The translations under genes were made by a program, and so were the position numbers. Below, piece after piece: positions 29,863 through 38,524 of a stretch of DNA of 64,000 nt. The notes beneath the pieces were generated by a model, which was not told the DNA's origin, did no database searches, and saw nothing but the letters and a program-made list of their open reading frames with translations. Origin of the DNA: Rickettsiaceae bacterium (GTDB taxonomy: Bacteria > Pseudomonadota > Alphaproteobacteria > Rickettsiales > UBA1997); assembly GCA_021323225.1 (NCBI GenBank), contig JAJTCH010000003.1, positions 96,141 to 160,140 of the forward strand. The letters are read 5' to 3'. The stretch's first letter is position 1. Each line of letters starts with the position of its first letter.

Positions 29863-30942
29863 TCAAATTCTGTCACAGCGTCTACCGTCGATAGCTTGTA
29901 AAATTGCGGTGTCTTCTTTATAGGGTTTAATTGTTGTGGATGGTTCATTTTTAATTTCCTCATCTTGCTTAGACATGAATTCTTCCAAATATTTTGCAAT
30001 ATCTAAATGGCCACCGTTTCTTGCATAATCTAAAGCAGTAAATCCCTGTGCATCTATTTTGAACGGGTCTGCTTTAGCTTTTAACAAACAATCTACCATT
30101 TCTTCATATCCTTCGATTGCTGCTAAATGTAGAGCTGTTCTGTCAAATTCATCTTCTGCGTCCGGATTTGCTCCTTTTGCATGAAGTGTCTCAAATCCTT
30201 CGGAATTATTGTTATATGTTGCCCAGTGTGTTGGGGTGTATCCATTGCTATCCTTGACATCAACTTCTACTCCGAAACGCAATAAATAATTCAATATATC
30301 TTTTCCCTCTTTTTGTTGCGCTGCTAAATGCATAGTGGTTTCACCGAGTCCGCTTTTTGCGTAAATATTTGCTCCAGCCATATGAAGTGTTTCGAATATT
30401 TTCAGATTGCCTACACTTGCGGCGCTATGTAATGGGCTATATTTACCGTTATCTACAAGATCATAATTTGCGCCTGCTTTTAACAGATATTTTACCATTT
30501 CTTCATGGTTATTTAATACCGCAAAATGTAAAGCTGCATTACCATTTTTATTGCGTGCATTAAGATCTGCTCCGGCTTTATTAAGATCTATAACTGCTTC
30601 CATATCTCCATCCAATACTACCAAATGTAATGGTGTATTTCCTTGATAATCTTGAATATCAAGATTTGCTCCCAGATATATTAGATGTCTAGTGATATGG
30701 ATAAATTTAAGTCTGACTGCAATATGTAAAGCGGTTTCGCCAATATGTGCCACTAAGCGATTTTTCTTACCATCATCTCTTTTATCCTCAATACTCGCCT
30801 TTCTCGATCTCACATCTTTAGCGTCTATTTGCGAGTTAATATCTATACCAGCTTCTGCCAGCGATATTATGGCTGCTAAATTCCCATTTTGTGCTGCGTG
30901 CAATAAGGCTCTGTGTCCTCTTTTTGGGTCTAAATTTGGCAT
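29863..30942 (-). CDS. Ankyrin-repeat protein (ANK repeats only)
   Basis: About 9 tandem 33-aa repeats of the form G.T.LH.A...G....V..L...GA..N..D. Confidence 0.85.
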   Translation of the reverse strand: MPNLDPKRGHRALLHAAQNGNLAAIISLAEAGIDINSQIDAKDVRSRKASIEDKRDDGKKNRLVAHIGETALHIAVRLKFIHITRHLIYLGANLDIQDYQGNTPLHLVVLDGDMEAVIDLNKAGADLNARNKNGNAALHFAVLNNHEEMVKYLLKAGANYDLVDNGKYSPLHSAASVGNLKIFETLHMAGANIYAKSGLGETTMHLAAQQKEGKDILNYLLRFGVEVDVKDSNGYTPTHWATYNNNSEGFETLHAKGANPDAEDEFDRTALHLAAIEGYEEMVDCLLKAKADPFKIDAQGFTALDYARNGGHLDIAKYLEEFMSKQDEEIKNEPSTTIKPYKEDTAILQAIDGRRCDRI

Positions 30943-31155
30943 ATATGAAATGAAATAAATAGATTGGTTAATATGGTGCTTATCTTTAATAACAATGAAG
31001 TCTGCTTTTGTGAGTGTTTCTTATGTCATAAGATTAGATAATATGATTATTAATCTATTTAGTTAATTTATTTATTATAGTTTTCTCATTTTATCGCGAA
31101 ATCTATTGGCGCTTTAATCAAGATTGGGAGCAATATTTAACCAAACAAATAAAAT

Positions 31156-32970
31156 ATGAGAGCAAAAAAAGTTCAGGGAAATAATCAGAAAGAAGAGGAA
31201 AATCTTATCTTAGAGTTTGCAAGAAAATTAAAATCACAAAACCAAAAAGAAAACAATCCAGATACCTACCAATTCTATTGTGAGGAAATCCACGAATTTT
31301 GTTCAAAATCCGGACTCTATCGGCTAAAGCCTTTTGTTCATGATAACAATCCTTCTTCTTATAAATTCTATCAAGAATTAGATTCAGAGGGTGAAAGAAT
31401 TGTTAACATATTTTTTGGTCTTTCAGATAAAGGTGGGTTGAAGAGATTGAGTGATGTCGGAAAAGATTTTTGGAAAAAGCAGGCTAGTGCGGCTATTTGT
31501 TCTACTCAGGCAGAAATGGGATTTTTTCGTGAAGAGAGCTCGCGTGATCGTTTTATAGAAGGTCAGATAAATGATTATTTAAGATCAGCTATGGTTTTGT
31601 ATATAATGAGTGGAAAAAACCCACCTGTTTCTTTCAATGATTTTGAGGCATCTATAAAAAAGGAGTATGAAAAACCTCATTGGCAATTCATAACTCAGCA
31701 GTTATTTCTCATAATCAAAGAAACCTATTCCTTAGAGGTTTCTATAGATAGGTTTCGATTAAATGTTGAGGAAAAGTTTTATGAAAAGCGTGGTAAGGTT
31801 CCTAGGAAAGCTATTTTAAAAGAAATAATTGACTCACATTCACTCAGAGTAGGGTTAGAGTTCAGAAATAAAAATAGTGTAGAACTTTTGGATGGCATTC
31901 AGTCGTCAATGGAAGATAAAAAGTATTTTCTAAAGGTAAGGTCATCAATTAAATCGTCCTTAAAAACAGGATTTAAAGAGTTGGACGATAAAGGGTTATA
32001 TGATAAAGAAATACAGAACGATTATCCTGGATCATGGGGGGCTGCTATAGTAGTTCTTGCCTCATTGGCTATGCTTAGTTTGAATGCAGGAATGCTTTAT
32101 GTTTCATCACTGGCATGGCTTATGGTATCATTTTGTGGATTTAACTATATTTCACATTATTCATTAAATATTTCTGAAGAAGAGAGACTGCGTAGACTAG
32201 AGCAACTTTATAAATCTAAAGAAAAATTGTGTGGATTTACCCGTGATTTTCGGCGTAAGTTGCGTTCTTCGACCCCGGAATTGGAAGAAAAAGACAAGTC
32301 ACAACTTCCCGAAACATTATTTGCGGTTCCGTATGATTGGAGCCTTAAACCAGAAGAGCGTGCTAAGGTATTTGACGATGTCATTCATGCAAAAGAAAAA
32401 ATAAAAACCCACCGATTTCCTCAAGCATCTGATGCTCTCCGAGAAGCCGCCAAAATGTTTTCCGGTGAAGAACCATCCAAATCCGTTGCTTCCGCTACTG
32501 CAGTAATATTGGATGAAGGAAAGGGATCGGAAGTGGAGTGTTCCATTGAATATGAAATAAGAGATGAAAAAGAAAATGTGAAGAAAATTTCTGCCCGCTA
32601 TTTTCGAAATGAAGATGGGCATTATGTTGAACATGAAGGAATAAGGCAGAAATTATATGATGTGGAAGGAACAGAAAAAATGTGGTGCTGCGTCATAAAT
32701 TATGATAAAATGGAAGATGAAGACTACCGCACTGCAGTAATGAATATTGTTGAGGAAGGAAAGAGAGTTAAAAGCGCTTCAGGAAGTTCAGGATTTAAAT
32801 ATATTGATGGAGATTGGGAAGTTAAAACAGTCGGCAAACGCTTTGGCAACATGCGCCTTTTTGCTGATAAAATTTCTCTTCCAAAAGAGGTTGGAGGGGG
32901 CACTATCCTGATAGTTGATCTTGATCCTGATCGAGTAAAAAGCCATAAGGAAATAGAGAGGGAGAGATAG
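31156..32970 (+). CDS. Hypothetical 604-aa protein with a central bilobed hydrophobic hairpin (Inc-like membrane-insertion topology)
   Basis: GSWGAAIVVLASLAMLSLNAGMLYVSSLAWLMVSFCGFNYI is flanked by long hydrophilic regions. No other motif was recognised. Confidence 0.55.
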   Translation: MRAKKVQGNNQKEEENLILEFARKLKSQNQKENNPDTYQFYCEEIHEFCSKSGLYRLKPFVHDNNPSSYKFYQELDSEGERIVNIFFGLSDKGGLKRLSDVGKDFWKKQASAAICSTQAEMGFFREESSRDRFIEGQINDYLRSAMVLYIMSGKNPPVSFNDFEASIKKEYEKPHWQFITQQLFLIIKETYSLEVSIDRFRLNVEEKFYEKRGKVPRKAILKEIIDSHSLRVGLEFRNKNSVELLDGIQSSMEDKKYFLKVRSSIKSSLKTGFKELDDKGLYDKEIQNDYPGSWGAAIVVLASLAMLSLNAGMLYVSSLAWLMVSFCGFNYISHYSLNISEEERLRRLEQLYKSKEKLCGFTRDFRRKLRSSTPELEEKDKSQLPETLFAVPYDWSLKPEERAKVFDDVIHAKEKIKTHRFPQASDALREAAKMFSGEEPSKSVASATAVILDEGKGSEVECSIEYEIRDEKENVKKISARYFRNEDGHYVEHEGIRQKLYDVEGTEKMWCCVINYDKMEDEDYRTAVMNIVEEGKRVKSASGSSGFKYIDGDWEVKTVGKRFGNMRLFADKISLPKEVGGGTILIVDLDPDRVKSHKEIERER

Positions 32971-33109
32971 GAGAATTTATTGCCAGCTTTCTCCTCATCC
33001 ATCATTAATCATATTTTCAGATTTTATTGCTAGTTTCATAAGAGAATTACGATATGCATTTCAGGCATTTGGATTTATCTCTTCTGCTACCAGATTTCTA
33101 CAATTTCCT

Positions 33110-34462
33110 TTAGATAATTTCTTGGTAACGACGCTTTTTATCAACTTTTACAGCTCGTACTTTTGAGGCATTTGTTGTAGGAGCATCTTCTTTTTCTTCA
33201 CCCGAGACATCTTCCATGGCATTTACAGCGATTGCTTCTTTTGTTAATTTTACAATTTTTTCTTGGATTTTTGCTGCTTCCTCATTATTTAAAACATCAT
33301 ATATTTCTTTTACCATTATCTCTTTTTGGGCATTGGTTTTGCTTTTAAATTCCGCTAATGGATCCATTGGATCAAGCGGGGTTTCTTCTTTGCTTTCAAC
33401 ATATAAACCCGGATCTGACAATATTTCCAGCTTCTGGCGTTTGGGTTGATATTCTTGATTGATCTCAGACTTCACTTCCGGAAAGGCAATATTTGCCCAA
33501 GTCTCACCATGTTTTTCAAGTAGATAATCAGCTATATCTTCTAGAGGTTTGCTAAGAATGTGATTTGCTATTTCATAAGCGGCAATAATTTCTTCGCCAA
33601 TATCGATTCCTTTCTTATTTAGCAAATCTTCGGTTCTTTCCTCGTAAAAAACTGTATCCGGGAGGCCATTCCATGCTTTATGGCCATCTTGAATTAGCAT
33701 CTCATGCACTTCTTTGATCAACATAACTCCCAGCTCAACTTCTATGTTATTAAAGTCTGGAAGAGTTTTGAATTTATCATTCTGAGCCGCGAAATTTTCA
33801 ATATAGTCAATTATCATCAATTGCCGTGCAGCATTGATTTTGTCGACTATTTCCGCTTCCTGCGCCACTCGCATCCAGGCATTGATTTTCATAAAACCAT
33901 TAACCGGCTGATTTACGCAGCCATCCAGATAAAGTTTGGCAATTTCTTCTATCCATGCCAGTTGTTCTGGATCTTGGCTGATAAAATCAACAAATGGCTG
34001 CGTCTTGCTAAGAGTTTCATCAAAACCTCCCCGCTCTTGTAATCCCTCTCTCAAGAAGCGTTTGAAAAGTTCAACCGTTGAAGGTGCTCCTGCTGGCTCG
34101 CTTGCTTTATAAATTAAAACGGAATCAATCAATCTTTCTATAGGAGTTAACCAATGTTCAGGACGTTCTATTTCGCATTCATTCTCTTCCAAATCCCTCA
34201 ATAAATTTGTCAATTCTCCTGTCCTTTCAAGAGAGCAACATCCTCTCAAATAAAGGAAGTCTAGATTGTCTGTCAGGTTTGTTGGTAGGCTTTTAAGGGC
34301 AATACATCCGTTTAAATTAAGTGATTCTAAGTCATATGGCAGATTTTCCGGCAAAGAGACTAAAGTTTGGCAACCACTCAAATCGAGATATGTTGTACCT
34401 TTTGGTATATCAATAGCTATTTCGCCATTGACGATTTGTGCGTCAGTTATTTTAAATTCCAT
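33110..34462 (-). CDS. LRR + NEL-type (IpaH/SspH-like) E3 ubiquitin ligase candidate
   Basis: LRR: LDLSGCQTLVSLPENLP..LNLNGCIALKSLPTNL. NEL-like blocks align by eye: FKRFLREGL.. (FxxFLxRL), LDGCVNQPV (catalytic Cys position), NNIEVELGV (DEIEVxL block about 57 aa after the Cys), ETWANIAF. Confidence 0.55.
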   Translation of the reverse strand: MEFKITDAQIVNGEIAIDIPKGTTYLDLSGCQTLVSLPENLPYDLESLNLNGCIALKSLPTNLTDNLDFLYLRGCCSLERTGELTNLLRDLEENECEIERPEHWLTPIERLIDSVLIYKASEPAGAPSTVELFKRFLREGLQERGGFDETLSKTQPFVDFISQDPEQLAWIEEIAKLYLDGCVNQPVNGFMKINAWMRVAQEAEIVDKINAARQLMIIDYIENFAAQNDKFKTLPDFNNIEVELGVMLIKEVHEMLIQDGHKAWNGLPDTVFYEERTEDLLNKKGIDIGEEIIAAYEIANHILSKPLEDIADYLLEKHGETWANIAFPEVKSEINQEYQPKRQKLEILSDPGLYVESKEETPLDPMDPLAEFKSKTNAQKEIMVKEIYDVLNNEEAAKIQEKIVKLTKEAIAVNAMEDVSGEEKEDAPTTNASKVRAVKVDKKRRYQEII

Positions 34463-34768
34463 TTTGGTGATTGTAGTTGGGAAGTTTTAAAAGAGGGGGG
34501 TAGATAATTAAAGTTAGTTCATATCATGTAAATTAATATGATTATTAATTTATTAAATCAACGTCAAGATTTGATATTTCTTAAATCAGTTTTTAGTTTC
34601 GCAACTTACTTGTTTAGAGTATCAATATTACCTTTCTTGGTGACCCTTAGCGGCGAAAATTTCTTCATCACTTTGGTTATTTTTAACTTCTATTATGTGT
34701 CTAATAACAGCTGGGCAGAGCGTGCCCAGAATTTTGAGACTAAAGAAGGTGGGTCACAAAGGTAAAGT

Positions 34769-37087
34769 TTATATAATTATTAATGGACTTTCCCCCTGTC
34801 TTGGAAATTTGGCAGCAGCAGAATTTTGAGGAGAAGCAGAAGGGGTTGAAAGTGACAATAAAAAATCTTTTGGCGAAAAAAGAGAACAGGCTGATGGTGA
34901 TAAGAGAGACCCTGACATTGAAGAATAATATTCTTTTCTTCCTTCCCCTCTTGGTTTTTCTTCATAATGCAATTCTTCCAAATAAGGAAAAATCTTTTCG
35001 CAATGTTCTCTAAATTCTTTTAGATATTCGCTGTCGAAAATTTCTGGTAATGTTTTTTTGAGTACGAGATAGGCCCCAATATCTAAATTGTTTTCTTTAA
35101 ATGTGGCCAAATCATGTGGCTGGTCTTCCATTATTTGCTGCAGATTTTCTATTAGTTTTTCCATCTGCTCTTCCCCGCCAATTAAGCTAGAAATTAGCTC
35201 GTTATATTGAGTATCAAGAAGTGATTTTTTTAATTCTGCCACTAAGCCATTAGGAAAAATAAAACTGTTATTGATTGCATCGGTATGAAATATGTTAATT
35301 CCATTAGGGCTGCTGCGCAAACGGTCTCCACCGCTATTTAATACCGGTGTAACAATTTTTTCGCAAAAGATGGGATATAATATTTGGGCGCAAGGATCAG
35401 TTATGAGGGATTGGAACAGGAAATTTTTTAATTGGGTGCCAATATTAGCGACGCAACCATCCCCTATGGTGTAAAACCAGCTGTTAAGCCTATCTAAAGT
35501 TCCCTCAATTTTAAAAAGATAAATTAGTTCACTTTTATTTTCGGCAAAAAGTTCTTTGAGTTTTTTTTGGTTTTTTTCGTTAATATCGGCATCAATATTT
35601 AATACGGCTTTAAAAAATTCCGTTACTTCACTATCAACAAGTTCCTCTTTTTCTATTTTTAATAATCTTTTGAACTCTGCCAAAATTTTCTCTTGTTTTG
35701 CTAGAATAGTGGGATCTTGCTCTTTGTTCGAATAGCCTGACTCTTCTTTTGATTCATCTGATTCTTCAAGACTTAATTTTCCAGGATTATTTAAATTTTC
35801 TGCGGCAATTTGAGGGCTGTTAAAATTTATCCAGCAATTATCAATTAACTTTTCATTGACTCTTTTAATTGGCGGTGCTTCATTTTCTAAATAAGAACTT
35901 AAGAATTTTACCGATGGCAGATTTGCGCCAGTTAGAGCACGAAAACTTTCATATTCCGATCCTGATATATAGATATATTTGTCTGTAGGTTTAAATCTGG
36001 ATTTTACTTGATCCTTGAATTCCGGATTAAGCAGGGATATAAAGCCATTAACATTGCCCTTAATTTCGTAGTAGAAAAATAAATTGTTCAAAGGAATTTG
36101 GTCGTAACCTTGACCGAATAATCTTCTTAATTTTCCCAATCCTTCTTCCGTTACAGAATTTTTTAATTCTGCATCACAAAGTAACTGATATATGGATTGA
36201 TATTTGCCATGAGTTCTGCTGCTGGCAATGTCTAAAATATCTTTTTCTTCTAGCCGCAGCTGGTTTTGAACTTTTTTCAACAACTTAAGAACAACGTCAT
36301 CTTCTTTTAGGTTAGAAATAAATTCCTTGATCATCGGAAGATCATCTGCCTTGTTGAGCATGTTTTTATTAAGAAACGCCTCAAACAGAGCGGCCTGCAT
36401 CGACTCATTATTTTGATACAAACCAATACATAGAGAGGGTATAAGATTGTTTGAGAGAATATAAAAATTTATGAAGAAATCGGCAATTTCATTAAAATCA
36501 TATTTGCTTTCGGTGAGTAAATTATCATCAATAATTTTTACGAGAGTTTCACTTTGTTCTTCTGAAGATAATGAGGGAAGATAAGATAATAAAACATCGT
36601 GATGTCTATCTTTTGGCAGTAAAGGAAGCGCTTTTTCAATTAGGTCCTGCAAAACAAGTTTATTCTTTCTAAACCATGCGGGCAGGGTGTAACCGAAACC
36701 TGTTTTGACTAATAATGGCAGTGCCTTTCTAATGAGAGTTTCAAAGTCAAAATTATTTTCCGGTGCATTTCCTTGGAGAAAATAGGAGAAAGCTATGTCA
36801 TATTTCTCCTCATCTATTAGCGGCAATATTTCTGTGGAAAAAATATCAAAACTAACATTATTTCCCGGTATTTTAAACCAAGGTCGCAAAAGTTCATCGT
36901 GATCAGATTGCGGTGTTAGTAATAACGATTTTTTAAGAAGCGGGAAAGTAAAATTATCTCCTAGATCTTTGATTAAAGATTTTACAACATCGCTGCGTTT
37001 GCTTTCATCAACTGCCTGCAATTTTCCTTCCAACTCTTCTTCGGATAGTAAATTAGCTACGACCGTTTCTTTTAATTCTTCTGGCAT
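34769..37087 (-). CDS. Member 1 (772 aa) of an unrecognised giant paralog family (W-x3-P-x-NN repeat, LYPNNE module, DGCVAN core)
   Basis: Shares colinear blocks with 40275..43991 and 45184..48861: LCIGLYQNNE.., YIYISGSE, CWINFNSP, ILAEFKRLL, IGDGCVANIGTQ, ITDPCAQILY, LDIGAYLVLKKTLPEI, CEKIFP. Confidence 0.7.
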   Translation of the reverse strand: MPEELKETVVANLLSEEELEGKLQAVDESKRSDVVKSLIKDLGDNFTFPLLKKSLLLTPQSDHDELLRPWFKIPGNNVSFDIFSTEILPLIDEEKYDIAFSYFLQGNAPENNFDFETLIRKALPLLVKTGFGYTLPAWFRKNKLVLQDLIEKALPLLPKDRHHDVLLSYLPSLSSEEQSETLVKIIDDNLLTESKYDFNEIADFFINFYILSNNLIPSLCIGLYQNNESMQAALFEAFLNKNMLNKADDLPMIKEFISNLKEDDVVLKLLKKVQNQLRLEEKDILDIASSRTHGKYQSIYQLLCDAELKNSVTEEGLGKLRRLFGQGYDQIPLNNLFFYYEIKGNVNGFISLLNPEFKDQVKSRFKPTDKYIYISGSEYESFRALTGANLPSVKFLSSYLENEAPPIKRVNEKLIDNCWINFNSPQIAAENLNNPGKLSLEESDESKEESGYSNKEQDPTILAKQEKILAEFKRLLKIEKEELVDSEVTEFFKAVLNIDADINEKNQKKLKELFAENKSELIYLFKIEGTLDRLNSWFYTIGDGCVANIGTQLKNFLFQSLITDPCAQILYPIFCEKIVTPVLNSGGDRLRSSPNGINIFHTDAINNSFIFPNGLVAELKKSLLDTQYNELISSLIGGEEQMEKLIENLQQIMEDQPHDLATFKENNLDIGAYLVLKKTLPEIFDSEYLKEFREHCEKIFPYLEELHYEEKPRGEGRKEYYSSMSGSLLSPSACSLFSPKDFLLSLSTPSASPQNSAAAKFPRQGESPLIII

Positions 37088-37210
37088 ATGGTTTCAATTT
37101 GGGGAATTTAAAATTGTGTAGTTTAATCCTGGTAAAATGTTTGGAGAATTTTAGAAAAGTCAATTAATCTATAAGTTTTATTTATTCAAGTATTTTCTTA
37201 TATAATATGG

Positions 37211-37330
37211 CTTTTCTCTAGAAAAAAGTTACCATCTGTTCCCTTCTGGAATATATGAAAGGCTGCGCCATTCTGATAGTTGACCTTGGTCAGATAAAAC
37301 TCATAGGGATGTGGAGAGAAGAATAGGAGG
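37211..37330 (+). pseudogene. Remnant of the 3' end of a paralog of the 31156..32970 gene
   Basis: ..ggctgcgccattctgatagttgaccttgg.. (GCAILIVDLGQ..EE*) matches ..gggggcactatcctgatagttgatcttga.. (GGTILIVDLDP..RER*) at 32895-32970. There is no upstream ORF. Confidence 0.5.
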
Positions 37331-37382
37331 AGTGTAAAATCAAGAGTCAATAATTCTTCGTGAATTATATAAATTATCAGAC

Positions 37383-38438
37383 TTATCTTTGTTGCCCTTC
37401 TTTATCCTCAAAATTCTGGATGTGTTCTACCCAGTTTTTATCGGGTAGTGGGATAGCTTCAATATCTTTAGCTGACTCAATACATCCGCATAATATCCGC
37501 CATCTGGAAGGTTTGGGAGCCTTGGAGGGGGCTGACAATGTTTGGCTATCAATAATGCCGAAACCTTCTAATTGAACGGGATATTCGCTATCATAAGCCA
37601 TTATGGCATTAAAAACATTCACTGGCATTTTCTCCATATCCCGTTCTTCTGTCCATTCTAAAAGCTGACGGGCGCGCTCTTTGGAAAGGTTTGGTTCGCA
37701 AGCTTTTTTGATTAGTGTTTTATTTTCATTAGAAAGGCTGGTGTTTTCCAGATTGATAATACATAAGTTGGAATTGTTATTTACCATTTTCAGTAGTGCC
37801 TCTGTGCATCCGATGCCACTTAAACTATTGTTGGAAAGATTAAGATATCTAACCCGTGAGCCAAGTAATCCTTTGGCTAATGCGTTAATTTCTTTTGCCT
37901 CGCTAATTCTGTTATCACTCAAATCGATCTCTATTATTCTTTCGAGATTTGACAATCCGTGTCCTAAGGCCATAAGAGCTTCCGGGCTATTTATGCGATT
38001 ATCGCTTAGATTAATTGCTATATTGTTGGTATAAGGCAATACTTCTTTGCACAGGGCCGTAAGTGCCTTTTTGTCTTGAATGTAATTGGCGCTTAAAACA
38101 ACTTCTATCTCTTTTTCAAACCTATTTTTAAGATCACGCAATCCTTTACCTAGCATTGCTAGCGCTTGTGGGTTATTGATGTGGCTGTCACTAAAATCAA
38201 CAAAAGAGATATCGGCGTGAGGCAATAGTTTTTTGCATAACACATTTATGGTTTTAGAGGTGTTATGATGGGCAATGTGTATGGCAAGTTTCTTGACATT
38301 AGCAGTAAGCATCGCTTCCCATAAGATTTCCGGATCATCCAGAAAATCTTCCTGCAATATTCCTAGCTTCAACACCCCGCTATCATGATTGGTATTTTGT
38401 GCTATATAATCTCTTATTTTTTCTACTGAAACCGGCAT
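37383..38438 (-). CDS. Ribonuclease-inhibitor-type (RI/NLR-like) leucine-rich repeat protein
   Basis: 28-29-aa repeats: INLSDNRINSPEALMALGHGLSNL, IDLSDNRISEAKEINALAKGL, LNLSNNSLSGIGCTEALLKMV. Confidence 0.7.
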   Translation of the reverse strand: MPVSVEKIRDYIAQNTNHDSGVLKLGILQEDFLDDPEILWEAMLTANVKKLAIHIAHHNTSKTINVLCKKLLPHADISFVDFSDSHINNPQALAMLGKGLRDLKNRFEKEIEVVLSANYIQDKKALTALCKEVLPYTNNIAINLSDNRINSPEALMALGHGLSNLERIIEIDLSDNRISEAKEINALAKGLLGSRVRYLNLSNNSLSGIGCTEALLKMVNNNSNLCIINLENTSLSNENKTLIKKACEPNLSKERARQLLEWTEERDMEKMPVNVFNAIMAYDSEYPVQLEGFGIIDSQTLSAPSKAPKPSRWRILCGCIESAKDIEAIPLPDKNWVEHIQNFEDKEGQQR

Positions 38439-38524
38439 TTTTCCTTTATTCTTTCTTAATTCTTCACTTTATAAATCTTTGAGTTAGTTTGACCTTTTTT
38501 ATTACCAACTAATCATAATAAATC

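Noticed and set aside
31030-31075. PmrA-like tandem TTAAT repeats, as in Legionella/Coxiella effector promoters
   Set aside because: The TTAAT spacing here is 12-13 nt rather than the ~11-nt periodicity I recall. TTAAT is also expected frequently in DNA this AT-rich.
34538-34765. 75-aa hydrophobic ORF in the gap between the NEL candidate and the 772-aa gene
   Set aside because: I could identify no ribosome-binding site or homology, and an AT-rich intergenic region easily yields such ORFs. I cannot exclude a small membrane protein, but I cannot support one either.
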